DNA of 15,127 bases from Halobacteriaceae archaeon (lineage in GTDB: Archaea > Halobacteriota > Halobacteria > Halobacteriales > Halobacteriaceae), in the NCBI GenBank assembly GCA_042216675.1, contig JBDGTS010000038.1, forward strand, positions 1-15,127, written 5' to 3'. The position numbers and the translations under genes were made by a program. The notes under the pieces were generated by a model, which saw nothing but the letters and a program-made list of their open reading frames with translations, was not told the origin of the DNA and made no database searches. Below, piece after piece: positions 6,958 through 15,127 of the stretch (positions within the stretch are counted from its first letter, which is position 1; each line of letters opens with the position of its first letter).

Positions 6958-7677
6958 TCAGTTTGGGTCGACCGTGAACGACTCGTCGCCGTCGAGGGCG
7001 TGGACCTCGGCGTCGCTCCCCGTCGCCGTCACCTCGCGGCGGAACTTGTCGGGGTCGGCCTCGATTGGCGGAAACGTGTCGTAGTGCATCGGGAACGCGT
7101 GGTCGGCGCCCGTCCAGTCCACCGCCACGGCGGCCTGCATCGCTCCCATCGTGTAGTGGTCGCCGATGGGGACGGCGACGGCGTCGGGTTCGAGGAACGG
7201 GCCGATGACGTCGCGCATCTCCGTCATCAGGCCGGTGTCGCCCGCGTGGTAGAACGTCGCGCTCTCCTCGTCGCCGAGTTGGGTCGGCTTCGTGTTGGAG
7301 ACGACGAAGCCCGCGGGCATGCCGCCCGTCGCGCCGTAGTCCGTCTCGATGCCGTTCGAGTGGTCCGCGCGGTGCATCGTCACGAACGCGTCGCCGGCCT
7401 CGTAGGTGCCGCCGAGGTTCATCCCGGTGCCGTCTTCGACGCCGTACTCGTCGGTGAGGTAACTGATGATTTCGGGCGTGCTGACGAAGTGTGCGCCCTC
7501 GAATCGGTCCACGTCGGCGATGTGGTCCGCGTGCCCGTGGGTGACGAGGACGTAGTCGGGGTCGAGTTCCTCGGGGTCGGTGTCGGTGAAGGGGTTGTCG
7601 AAGAACGGGTCGATGAGCAGGTCCGTCTTCCCCACTGTGACGCTCCACGTCGAGTGACCGTAGTACGTCAGTTCCAT
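6958..7677 (-). CDS. UPF0173 metal-dependent hydrolase (metallo-beta-lactamase fold), 239 aa
   Basis: [38 protein letters not shown] and PMHYDTFP motifs. Start ATG 7677, with TTTAAG at 7704-7709 on the minus strand. Confidence 0.9.
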   Translation of the reverse strand: MELTYYGHSTWSVTVGKTDLLIDPFFDNPFTDTDPEELDPDYVLVTHGHADHIADVDRFEGAHFVSTPEIISYLTDEYGVEDGTGMNLGGTYEAGDAFVTMHRADHSNGIETDYGATGGMPAGFVVSNTKPTQLGDEESATFYHAGDTGLMTEMRDVIGPFLEPDAVAVPIGDHYTMGAMQAAVAVDWTGADHAFPMHYDTFPPIEADPDKFRREVTATGSDAEVHALDGDESFTVDPN

Positions 7678-7721
7678 ACGCCCGACACAACGGCCGGGCG
7701 ACACTTAAATGCCGGCGGCAA

Positions 7722-8141
7722 TCAGACGGCGCCCGAGAGGAGCAGTCCCGCGTCCACGAGCAGTAACGCGGCGACGAGCGCCCCCGCCTGAAACAGGCGC
7801 GTGGCCGTCGGCCCCACGGTGTCACCCTCGACGCGCGCGTTCCCGGCCTCCAGAAGCCCCATCAGCACGACCCAGAGCGCCAGCATGCCGAGGACGGCGT
7901 GGCCGCGAGCCGTGCCCGTCAGCGCGCCGTCGCCGTACTGGGTCGCCGCGAGGTGGCCACCGGTCAGGAGCATCACGACCGAACTCCCCCGCGAGAGCAT
8001 CACGAAGCGATCGAGGATGCGGTCCGTCAGATTCGTGCGAGCGACGGGCAACACGCCCAACGCGAAGAACATCACGCTCCCCGTCCACAGCGCCGCGACG
8101 AAGAGGTGAATCACCTCCGAGACCATCGTACCTGTTGACAT
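7722..8141 (-). CDS. CopD-like four-helix membrane protein
   Basis: HLFVAALWTGS.MF, LLTGGH and G.LT.T.RGH..LGM..LW motifs with four hydrophobic segments. Start ATG 8141 (alternative 8126). Confidence 0.7.
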   Translation of the reverse strand: MSTGTMVSEVIHLFVAALWTGSVMFFALGVLPVARTNLTDRILDRFVMLSRGSSVVMLLTGGHLAATQYGDGALTGTARGHAVLGMLALWVVLMGLLEAGNARVEGDTVGPTATRLFQAGALVAALLLVDAGLLLSGAV

Positions 8142-8194
8142 ACGGGCCGGCCTACGGAACGCCGCGGCTTGAAACCCCGCCACGTGTGGGCACG

Positions 8195-8200
8195 CTTAAG
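8195..8200 (+). promoter_or_regulatory. TATA box for hisC-adk-pgsA
   Basis: CTTAAG lies 25-30 nt upstream of ATG 8225. Confidence 0.55.
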
Positions 8201-8224
8201 GCCGGCCGCCCGCACTCCTCGGGT

Positions 8225-9310
8225 ATGCGACTACGTGACCTCTCGGACCACGTCGAGTATCAGGCCGGGCGTGGCATCGAGGAGGTCGCCCGCGAACTCG
8301 GCCGCGACCCCGAGGAGTTCGTGAAACTCGCCTCGAACGAGAACGCGTTCGGCCCGAGTCCCGCCGCCACCGAGGCGGTGCGGGCCGTGGCCGACGAACT
8401 CCACCACTATCCGAAGGCCTCTCACGCGGACCTCACGGAGGCCCTCGCGGACCGCCACGGCGTCGCCGACGCCCAGATTTGGCTCGCCAACGGCGGCGAC
8501 GGAGCGCTCGACTACCTCGGGCGGGCGACACTCGACCCCGGCGACGGCGTCCTCGTCCCCAGACCGGGCTTCGCCTACTACGGGATGAGCGCGCGCTACC
8601 ACCACGGCGACGTGGCCACCTACCACCTCTCGAAGGACGCGGACTTCCCGCTGACCGCCGAGACGGTCCTCGACGCCTACGACGGGGAGCGCATCGTCTA
8701 TCTCACTAGTCCCAACAACCCCACCGGCGGACGCTTCTCGCTGGCGGACGTGCGCGCCGTGGCCGAGGGCACCGACGAGGACGCCCTCGTCGTCGTGGAC
8801 GAGGCGTACCACGAGTTCGCGGACGCCGAGAGCGCCACTTCCCTCGTCGCCGGCGCGGGCGGTGACCGGGACGACGTGGCGGTCCTCCGGACGTTCTCGA
8901 AGGCCTTCGGTCTCGCCGGCCTCCGCCTCGGCTACGCCGTCGTCCCTAACCCGTGGGCGGACGCCTACGCCCGGGTCAACACCCCGTTCGCGGCGAGCGA
9001 AGCGGCCTGTCGCGCCGGCCTCGCGGCCCTCGACGACGACGCGCACGTCGAGCGAACCGTCGAGACGGCCCGGTGGGCGCGCGACTACATCCGCGAAACC
9101 CTCGACGCAGAGACGTGGGAGAGCCACGGCAACTTCGTCCTCGCTGACGTGGGCGACGCAACCGCCGTCTACGAGTCCCTCAAGCGACGGGGCGTCATCG
9201 TGCGCGACTGCTCCTCGTTTGGCCTCCCCGAGTGCGTGCGCATCACCTGTGGCACCGAGGACGAGACGCGCCGCGCCGTCGCGGAACTCAACGGGGTGCT
9301 CGCGGAGTGA
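8225..9310 (+). CDS. hisC: Histidinol-phosphate aminotransferase, 361 aa
   Basis: KLASNEN..GPSP, SPNNPTG, VVDEAY.EF, and RTFSKAFGLAGLRLGY (PLP lysine). ATG at 8225. Confidence 0.93.
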   Translation: MRLRDLSDHVEYQAGRGIEEVARELGRDPEEFVKLASNENAFGPSPAATEAVRAVADELHHYPKASHADLTEALADRHGVADAQIWLANGGDGALDYLGRATLDPGDGVLVPRPGFAYYGMSARYHHGDVATYHLSKDADFPLTAETVLDAYDGERIVYLTSPNNPTGGRFSLADVRAVAEGTDEDALVVVDEAYHEFADAESATSLVAGAGGDRDDVAVLRTFSKAFGLAGLRLGYAVVPNPWADAYARVNTPFAASEAACRAGLAALDDDAHVERTVETARWARDYIRETLDAETWESHGNFVLADVGDATAVYESLKRRGVIVRDCSSFGLPECVRITCGTEDETRRAVAELNGVLAE

Positions 9311-9807
9311 GAGTCGCCGTCACCGGCACGCCCGGCACCGGCAAATCGACCGCGACGGACCTGCTGGACACGGACCTGCCGGTGGTCCACCTCAACGACC
9401 TGATCCGCGAGGAGGACCTCTACGAGTCCGTCGACGAGGAGCGAGACTCCCTCGTCGCTGACCTCGACGCCGTCGCGGAGCGGATTCCCGACGACGCCAT
9501 CGTGGAGTCGCACCTCGCACACCGCCTCGACGCGGACCGGGTGGTGGTGTTGCGCTGTCACCCCGAGGAAATCGAGCGCCGACTCGAAGAGCGCGGGGAA
9601 CCGCCCGAGACAGTCGCCGAGAATGCCGAGAGCGAAGCGCTCGACGTGATTCTCGCGGCTGCCGTCGAGCGCCACGGTCGCGAGAACGTGTACGAAGTCG
9701 AGACGACGGACCGCCCGCCCGAGGCCGTGGCCCGCGACATCGAGGCCGTCGTTGCAGGGGAGCGAGAACCGAGCGCCGGCACCGTCGACTACACGGGGTA
9801 CCTGTGA
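9307..9807 (+). CDS. Archaeal adenylate kinase family protein (AK6/Fap7-type P-loop kinase), 166 aa
   Basis: GTG start overlapping the hisC stop (GTGA). P-loop TGTPGTGKST, VESH, VVVLRCHP..I.RRL..RG and EN..SE motifs. Confidence 0.88.
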   Translation: MRVAVTGTPGTGKSTATDLLDTDLPVVHLNDLIREEDLYESVDEERDSLVADLDAVAERIPDDAIVESHLAHRLDADRVVVLRCHPEEIERRLEERGEPPETVAENAESEALDVILAAAVERHGRENVYEVETTDRPPEAVARDIEAVVAGEREPSAGTVDYTGYL

Positions 9808-10403
9808 CGCTGGACGGTCTGCGCCCGCTGGCGAACCGGGCACTCGCCCCCTTCGTCAGCGCGGCCCGGCGCCTCGGCCTCACGCCGAACGCGGTGAGCG
9901 TCGTCGCGTTCCTGCTGGCGGTGGGCGCGGCCGGCGCGTTCTACGCCGGCGGCACGGCGGGCTACATCGCCGGTGCGGTGCTCGTCTTCCTGAACGGGTG
10001 GCTGGACCTCCTGGACGGCGCCCTCGCGCGGGCGCTGGACGTGGCCTCGAAGGCTGGGGACTTGCTCGACCACGTTCTCGACCGCTACGCCGACATCGTC
10101 ATCATCGGCGGCCTCGCCGCCGGCGTCGAGGCGTACGCGCTCGGCTTCGCCGCCGTGACGGGCGTCGTGATGACCTCGTATCTCGGCACGCAGGCACAAG
10201 CCGTCGGCCTCGACCGCGTGTACGCGGGACTCCTCGGCCGTGCGGACCGCCTCGCGCTGGTGGGCCTGACCGGCGTCGTCGCCGCGGTGCGCCCCGAGGT
10301 GCGGGGCGTCTCCGTCGTCGTCGCGCTCCTCGTCGTGTTCGCCGTCGTCGGCCATCTCACGGCGATGCAACGCTTCTACGGCGCGATGCGGGCGCTGGAC
10401 TGA
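9804..10403 (+). CDS. pgsA: CDP-alcohol phosphatidyltransferase (PgsA-like, archaeal phospholipid synthesis)
   Basis: TPN motif and signature DLLDGALARALDVASKAGDLLDHVLDRYAD; multiple TM helices; GTGA overlap with the kinase stop. Confidence 0.88.
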   Translation: MTLDGLRPLANRALAPFVSAARRLGLTPNAVSVVAFLLAVGAAGAFYAGGTAGYIAGAVLVFLNGWLDLLDGALARALDVASKAGDLLDHVLDRYADIVIIGGLAAGVEAYALGFAAVTGVVMTSYLGTQAQAVGLDRVYAGLLGRADRLALVGLTGVVAAVRPEVRGVSVVVALLVVFAVVGHLTAMQRFYGAMRALD

Positions 10404-10414
10404 CCGGCACATCA

Positions 10415-10420
10415 TTTATA
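10415..10420 (+). promoter_or_regulatory. TATA box for mbf1
   Basis: TTTATA lies 25-30 nt upstream of ATG 10445. Confidence 0.65.
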
Positions 10421-10444
10421 CCGCGCGGTGGGCTACGGTTCACC

Positions 10445-10969
10445 ATGGTCCAGTGTGAGATGTGCGGCGCCGACACCTCGTCTCCGACGACCGTTACGGT
10501 CGAAGGGGCAGAACTGCAGGTCTGTGACGACTGCGCCGACTTCGGGACGGAGGTCAAGACCGAGGACACCTCCTCCACCTCGACGAAGTACTCCACCTCG
10601 TCCAGCGACACCTCCGGGGGGACGGCCGCCGCCGGCGGAAACAGTGGCGGCGGTGGCGGCGGGCGCAGACACGACATGTTCGACGAGATGGAGGAACTCG
10701 CGGCCGACTACGACGAGCGACTCCGCGAGGCCCGCGAGGCGGCGGGGCTGAGCCAGTCCGAACTGGCCGAACAGCTCAACCTCAAGGCGAGCCTCATCCG
10801 CAAACTCGAACACGGCGACACCCTGCCGAGCGACGACGTCCAGCAGACGCTCGAAAACGCCCTCGACGTGTCGCTGTCGAGTGGCGCCAGCGACGAGGAC
10901 ACCGAGTGGGAGTCCGACAGCGCCGGCGACGGCCTCACCCTCGGCGACATGGTCCAGCGCAAGGACTGA
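10445..10969 (+). CDS. mbf1: Archaeal multiprotein bridging factor aMBF1 (Zn ribbon plus HTH), 174 aa
   Basis: CEMCG...EGAEL.VCDDC..FG zinc ribbon, Ser/Thr/Gly linker, HTH (AREAAGLSQSELAEQLN.KASLIRKLE.G..LP) and the C-terminal LTLGD motif. Confidence 0.92.
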   Translation: MVQCEMCGADTSSPTTVTVEGAELQVCDDCADFGTEVKTEDTSSTSTKYSTSSSDTSGGTAAAGGNSGGGGGGRRHDMFDEMEELAADYDERLREAREAAGLSQSELAEQLNLKASLIRKLEHGDTLPSDDVQQTLENALDVSLSSGASDEDTEWESDSAGDGLTLGDMVQRKD

Positions 10970-10981
10970 CACGTAGCGAGC

Positions 10982-11015
10982 GGAAGCCCACCCTTTCAGG
11001 GGTGGGAGGACGTCG
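10982..11015 (+). mobile_element. Orphan IS200/IS605-family end hairpin (remnant or PATE-like)
   Basis: GGAAG-CCCACCCT-TTCA-GGGGTGGG-AGGACGTCG: an 8-bp stem with one G-T pair (10987-11006). It resembles the recalled GAAGCCCCGCCCTTCAGGGCGGGGAGGATGTCA-type right ends of tnpB elements. No tnpA or tnpB in the window. Confidence 0.6.
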
Positions 11016-11057
11016 AGAACGGCAAAGCACTTTGTCCCCCGGGCGCCTCGTCCTCCC

Positions 11058-11702
11058 ATGTTCGTTCTGGTCAACCTGAAGGCGTACCCGTGTGACCCCG
11101 TCGCCGTCGCCGAGGCGGCACGGGACGTGAACGAGACGACAGCCGCCACCGTCGCCGTCGCGCCACAGGCCGCAGACCTTCGGGCAGTCAGCGAGACGGG
11201 CGCCGAGACGTGGGCCCAGCACGTCGACCCGGTGGCCCACGGGAGCCACACCGGCCACGTCCTCGCCGAACGCGCGGCCGAGGCGGGGGCGACCGGCACC
11301 CTGCTCAACCACTCCGAGCGACGCCTGCGCCTCGCCGACGTGGACGGCGCCCTCGATGCCGCCGGGCGCGCCGACCTCGACACGGTGGTCTGCGCGAACA
11401 ACCCCGAGCAGGTTGCCGCGGCCGCGGCCCTCGACCCCGACGCCGTCGCCGTCGAACCGCCGGAACTCATCGGCACGGGGACGCCGGTGAGCAAGGCCGA
11501 CCCGGACATCGTCACCGACGCCGTCGAGGCGGCGGCGGGGGTGGACCCGAGCGTCGACGTGTACTGCGGCGCGGGCATCAGCACCGGGGCCGACGTGGCC
11601 GCGGCCGAGGAACTGGGCGCGAGCGGCGTCCTCCTCGCCTCCGGCGTCGCGAAGGCCGACGACCCGCGCGCGGCGCTGGAAGATTTGGTCGCCGACTACT
11701 GA
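11058..11702 (+). CDS. tpiA: Triosephosphate isomerase (archaeal type)
   Basis: [41 protein letters not shown] and [11 protein letters not shown] motifs. Confidence 0.96.
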   Translation: MFVLVNLKAYPCDPVAVAEAARDVNETTAATVAVAPQAADLRAVSETGAETWAQHVDPVAHGSHTGHVLAERAAEAGATGTLLNHSERRLRLADVDGALDAAGRADLDTVVCANNPEQVAAAAALDPDAVAVEPPELIGTGTPVSKADPDIVTDAVEAAAGVDPSVDVYCGAGISTGADVAAAEELGASGVLLASGVAKADDPRAALEDLVADY

Positions 11703-12907
11703 AAGTCCGCGAGCGTCGTCTGCCCGACCCGCGGTGAGGGCCGCCTCGTCTCCCCGCCGTCCTCGCCCGCCCACCCGTCGAGACTGGCTTGGTCGGCGTC
11801 GGAAAAACTCAGCTTCGAGACGCGAACGCCGAGTTTCCGCACCTCCTCGTCCGTGAACTCCGCCAGCAGGTCGAGGGCCACCTCCCGAACGAGCGCCGGG
11901 TCGTCCACCGGCCCGGAGAGCGAGTCGGCCCGCGTGTGCACGTCGAAGGGAGGTGTGACGACCTTGATGCCGATGGTCTGATACAGCGCCCCCGTCCGAC
12001 TGGCCCGGTCCGCGACGGCCTCTGCCAGCGTCTCGACGCGGGCCCGCATCGCCGCTTCGTCGTCGGTGGCCTCGGCGAATGCCGACTCGCGAGAGAGGCT
12101 CTTCGGGCGCCCGCGGGGTTCGACCGCTCTGTCGTCCTCGCCGCGGGCGCGCCGCGAGAGCGCACGGCCCTGCTCGCCGAACCGGGATTCGAGGTCCCGC
12201 GGGTCCGCGTCGGCCACGTCGCCGATGGTGTGGATGCCCATCTCGCGGAGTTCCTGCTCCGTCACCGGGCCGACGCCGTGGAGGTCGGCCACGTCGAGTG
12301 GCCCGAGGAAGTCCTGTACGCCGTCGGGTGGCACGACGACGAGGCCGTCCGGCTTGTCGTGGTCGCTCGCGATTTTCGCGGCGCTCATCGTCGGCGCGAC
12401 GCCGACGCTGGCGACGACGCCCACCTCTCGTTCGATGCGCTGTTTGACGTGGCGGGCGAAGCCCTCGGCCACGGCCCACTCCGTCGAGTCGGTCACGTCG
12501 AGGTACGCCTCGTCGATGGACACCTCGCGGACCGTGTCGCCGAGGTCGTGCAGAATCGCCTTCACGTCCGCCGCGACGGACTCGTAGTAGTCCATGTCGA
12601 CCGGCCGGTAGAAGCCCGTCCCCGCCGGGTCGTCGGCCGTCGCGCGGCGCGGCAGGTGGTCGAGCGCCGTCGAGATGGCCTGCGCGCTCTCGACGCCGTA
12701 CTCGCGGGCCTCGTAGGACGCGGTGGCGACGGCACCCACGTCGTCGCCCGCTTCGTAGCCCATCCCGACGACGAGGGGTTCCCCCCGGAGTTGTGGCTCT
12801 CGCAGGCGCTCACACGAGGCGTAAAAGCAGTCCGTGTCGACGTGGAGGACGACCGTGTCCGGGCCTGTCTCGTCCGTCCCCGGCAGCGTTCCGCCACGCT
12901 CGACCAT
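11696..12907 (-). CDS. dinB: DNA polymerase IV (Y family, DinB/Dpo4; haloarchaeal PolY)
   Basis: [42 protein letters not shown]...AKIASD..KPDG, HGVGP, KSLSRE and [11 protein letters not shown] motifs. Confidence 0.95.
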   Translation of the reverse strand: MVERGGTLPGTDETGPDTVVLHVDTDCFYASCERLREPQLRGEPLVVGMGYEAGDDVGAVATASYEAREYGVESAQAISTALDHLPRRATADDPAGTGFYRPVDMDYYESVAADVKAILHDLGDTVREVSIDEAYLDVTDSTEWAVAEGFARHVKQRIEREVGVVASVGVAPTMSAAKIASDHDKPDGLVVVPPDGVQDFLGPLDVADLHGVGPVTEQELREMGIHTIGDVADADPRDLESRFGEQGRALSRRARGEDDRAVEPRGRPKSLSRESAFAEATDDEAAMRARVETLAEAVADRASRTGALYQTIGIKVVTPPFDVHTRADSLSGPVDDPALVREVALDLLAEFTDEEVRKLGVRVSKLSFSDADQASLDGWAGEDGGETRRPSPRVGQTTLADFQ

Positions 12908-12938
12908 ACAGTATCGGGGTGCCCGAAGCCCTTAGACC

Positions 12939-13712
12939 CTACCGCTCGGCGCGGGCGGGCAGGTCACCGGCCACCGTCACGTCGCGTTCGCGGGCGTCTT
13001 CGAGGGCGTGTTTGGCGGCCATGCCGGCCTCGGTGGCGACTGCGCCGCGGCCGACGCCGACGCGGAGATCCACGTCGGCGGCCGCTTCAACGGCCTCCAC
13101 GGCGCCGTGAAAGTCCGCTCTATCGAGGTCCGCCGTGACCGAGATGAAGTTGTCGCCGCCGACGAAGAACGAAAGCGAGTCGTGCTGGCGGTGCATGTGT
13201 TCGAGCAGTTCGACGTAGGTGTGCTCGATGCGGGCGAACGAGGAGAACGCGTCGAGGCGGTCGGTGTAGCGCCCCGTCGCGTCCACCACGTCGAAGTGCG
13301 CCACCTGCAGCGCGTCGGGTGCGGCGTCAGTCGTCGGGTCGCCGGCCAGCACCTCGGTTCGGCCGGCCTCCTGTGCGCCGCCGGCCTCTTGCAGACGGGC
13401 CGTCGCCGTCGAAAGCGCGCCGGCGGGCGAGGCGCCCGTCGCCGTCGAGAGGCTGACGGACACCGGGTAGCGGTTGCCCACCGTCTCCTGCACGGCCGCG
13501 AGCGTGTCCGCGTCGACGCCGTTGGTCACCGCGACCATGTTGTCGAACCGGGTGAAGAACACGTACGCCCCCCGAGAGCCAAAGAGGCGGGAGAGGTCGG
13601 CGTACAGGTCCGACTGGAGTGCCTGAAGGTCTGGCTCCGGTCGGGGTTCGGGCGTCACCGTCCACGGGCCGTAGTTGTCGAGTTGAATCAGCGTGACCTG
13701 CGTGTTCGTCAC
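12939..13712 (-). CDS. gch3: GTP cyclohydrolase III (IIa), archaeal riboflavin/F420 precursor pathway
   Basis: TLIQLDNYGPWT.TP.PR.E.DLQ.LQS.LY.DL, FFTRFDNM, N.YPV, AHFDV and FFVGGDN motifs. GTG start. Confidence 0.93.
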   Translation of the reverse strand: MTNTQVTLIQLDNYGPWTVTPEPRPEPDLQALQSDLYADLSRLFGSRGAYVFFTRFDNMVAVTNGVDADTLAAVQETVGNRYPVSVSLSTATGASPAGALSTATARLQEAGGAQEAGRTEVLAGDPTTDAAPDALQVAHFDVVDATGRYTDRLDAFSSFARIEHTYVELLEHMHRQHDSLSFFVGGDNFISVTADLDRADFHGAVEAVEAAADVDLRVGVGRGAVATEAGMAAKHALEDARERDVTVAGDLPARAER

Positions 13713-13777
13713 TGTTGGCCGCCTCTTTGGAGTGGGGGCATATCACCTTTTGGTTGCATCACGATACTGTGGGGGAG

Positions 13778-14530
13778 TCACACGGTGTCCGCGACGGGCA
13801 TCGCGTCGGCCCAGTACGTCTCGAACAGGTCCGTGGCCCACTCGACGGCCGGCGTCGACTCCGCGACGAGTTCCGACCGCGCGTCGTAACTGCCGTCGAG
13901 ACGGGGCAACGAGAGCAACGTGGAGTCGTCGGTGACGGTGAGCGAGAACGGCACCTCGCCGACGCGGACGGGGACCTCGCTCGCCCCTTCCGACTCCTCG
14001 TCGACTGCGTCGGGGACGCTCCTGTCGACGACGATGCGGGCGTCCGAACACGTCTCCGTCGCCGCCGCGAACTCCGGATGGTAGATTGCGGCCAGCACCC
14101 ACGCCCGGTCGGCGTCGCGGATGCGGTCCGCGACGGCCCGCGTGACCCTGTGTGGGTCGGCGTCGGTGGCGCGAAGCACCGTCGCGTCCGCGAACACCTC
14201 GAAGCGGCGGTGACGGGGGGGAATCGCGGTCGGGTCGTGGCGCTCCCAGTACGTCTCGTCCGCCGCGAGAAGCCGCTGAACCTTGCGTTCCCTGTCGAGG
14301 CAGTCCCAGACGAGTGCCCCGAGACCGGTCACCGTCCAGTCACCGTCCGAATCCGCGAGGAGGCCCCGTTCGGCGAGGGCGTTCACGCCCGCGTAGACGG
14401 CGGACTCGCTGGCGTCGAGGTCCGCGACGAGATCCGTCGTCGACCGGGGTGCGTCGTAGACGGCGGTCAGCACCGCGGACCTGACGCTGGACGTTCGGAC
14501 GTACTCGACGTGGTCCGCTGCAGGGGTCAT
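13778..14530 (-). CDS. Winged-helix transcriptional regulator with a C-terminal effector domain (FilR1/DUF1724-like haloarchaeal family)
   Basis: N-terminal HTH (S.VR..VL..V.D.PRST.DLV..LDASESAVY..V..L.ERGLL), YWERHD...IP, and C-terminal L.LP..DG.YD...L......AVEWA..LFE.YW. Confidence 0.85.
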   Translation of the reverse strand: MTPAADHVEYVRTSSVRSAVLTAVYDAPRSTTDLVADLDASESAVYAGVNALAERGLLADSDGDWTVTGLGALVWDCLDRERKVQRLLAADETYWERHDPTAIPPRHRRFEVFADATVLRATDADPHRVTRAVADRIRDADRAWVLAAIYHPEFAAATETCSDARIVVDRSVPDAVDEESEGASEVPVRVGEVPFSLTVTDDSTLLSLPRLDGSYDARSELVAESTPAVEWATDLFETYWADAMPVADTV

Positions 14531-14631
14531 GTCAGACCGGTATCACCCGTGCCACGAGTATTTTTCGTCCCGAATAGACCTCCACCGTCCGCAGAATGTT
14601 CCGCGACGGGTGGAAAATTGCTCCACGAATG

Positions 14632-14647
14632 CATTAAAATTTTTATG
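14632..14647 (+). promoter_or_regulatory. AT-rich near-palindromic TATA-like element
   Basis: CATTAAAATTTTTATG is 14/16 self-complementary and is the most AT-rich stretch noticed in the window. It sits about 20-30 nt upstream of ATG 14666. Confidence 0.55.
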
Positions 14648-14665
14648 GTGCCGCTCGTTACGTGT

Positions 14666-14850
14666 ATGCGCGGCGTCACGTCACTGACCTGCTGACGTCG
14701 GCCCCCCGACGCCGTCCGGCGTCGCACCGACACTGGCGCCGCACGACCCCCACCACCCCCGCCTCGCGTCCGCAGACCCCGCCTCCGGTCACCGATCCAC
14801 GGTCCCCCACCCTGTGGATGCACCCCGGGTGCAATCGGAGGCGGTAACGG
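14666..14850 (+). ncRNA. Candidate structured small RNA (with 9-codon ORF MRGVTSLTC)
   Basis: Intergenic and downstream of a TATA-like element. Hairpins at about 14696-14723 and a three-way junction at 14779-14844 whose mismatches are G-U pairs on the + strand. Not recognised as a known family. Confidence 0.35.
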
Positions 14851-14875
14851 CCCCAGCGGACGCGTTCGCCAGCTG

Positions 14876-15127
14876 CTATCGGGTGTGGAAGCGGTACTGC
14901 CCCGCCATCACGTCGAACGCCACGCCGTCCCCCACCGCGCGGGCCTCTTCGACGCCGGCGGGGAGGTCTGTCACCCCGCCGTCCCACACCCGCTCTTCGT
15001 CGACGCTGATTTCGTCACCCTCGTCTGCGGGCACGCGAACCGTCGCCGTCGTGTTCCACGGCACGGTCACGACGAGTTCGAGGCCGTCGTCGGTGCGCTC
15101 CCAGCGCGATTCGACGTCGCCGTGACG
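14876..15127 (-). CDS. C-terminal fragment of an alpha-L-rhamnosidase-like (GH78) glycoside hydrolase, partial
   Basis: Open from the window edge: RHGDVESRWERTDDGLELVVTVPWNTTATVRVP...FDVMAGQYRF*. This matches the G.V.S.W...L.V.VP.NT.A.V C-terminal beta domain of GH78 enzymes. Confidence 0.75.
   Translation of the reverse strand, partial: RHGDVESRWERTDDGLELVVTVPWNTTATVRVPADEGDEISVDEERVWDGGVTDLPAGVEEARAVGDGVAFDVMAGQYRFHTR

Noticed and set aside
7709-8224. Long Arg/Pro-rich N-terminal extension of HisC
   Set aside because: It overlaps the CopD-like gene on the other strand and has non-haloarchaeal composition. TATA spacing supports ATG 8225.
9752-10444. Apparent 405-aa MBF1 fusion
   Set aside because: The upstream part is an alternative frame of pgsA. 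mbf1 has its own TATA box and ATG at 10445.
10565-10665. Low-complexity Ser/Thr/Gly-coding repeats
   Set aside because: This is the normal variable linker of haloarchaeal MBF1, not a repeat element.
10935-13138. Long ORFs 10935-12479 (-) and 11789-13138 (+)
   Set aside because: They are off-frame or antisense shadows of tpiA, dinB and gch3, with no motifs and Arg/Gly-rich composition.
13732-13777. Two GTGGGGG copies upstream of gch3 that match the C-rich loop of the candidate sRNA
   Set aside because: The minus-strand transcript would carry CCCCCAC, the same sense as the loop, so it cannot pair. The copies also lie upstream of a probably leaderless start.
14690-14695. TGC-TGA followed by a structured RNA, suggesting Cys-Sec recoding with a SECIS
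   Set aside because: The read-through frame is Pro/Arg-rich and not protein-like, the structure lacks recognisable archaeal SECIS features, and Halobacteria are not known to use selenocysteine.
1-15127. CRISPR array, tRNA, rRNA, transposase or integrase
   Set aside because: No regularly spaced repeats, tRNA T-loop cloverleaf, rRNA-like sequence or recombinase motifs were seen by eye.

Overview
High-GC haloarchaeal (Halobacteria) chromosomal window, judged from the acidic proteins and TATA boxes about 25-30 nt upstream of apparently leaderless starts. From left to right it holds: (1) the edge of a surface-glycosylation cluster (AlkP/sulfatase-fold protein, GT2 glycosyltransferase, aglJ); (2) a lower-GC two-gene cassette encoding an archaeal nucleotidyltransferase-like protein that appears to have lost its catalytic segment in frame, plus an overlapping 83-aa helical partner; (3) an MBL-fold protein, a GH4 alpha-galactosidase, DUF5779-like, DUF5799-like, UPF0173 hydrolase and CopD-like genes; (4) the housekeeping run hisC-adenylate kinase-CDP-alcohol phosphatidyltransferase-mbf1-tpiA, then DNA polymerase IV, GTP cyclohydrolase III, a winged-helix regulator and the 3' end of a GH78 rhamnosidase-like gene. 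The best leads are the toxin-antitoxin-like nucleotidyltransferase/small-protein cassette flanked by a 7-bp direct repeat, a candidate structured small RNA with a 9-codon ORF at about 14630-14850, and an orphan IS200/IS605-type end hairpin between mbf1 and tpiA. Family assignments come from recalled motifs; no database searches were run.
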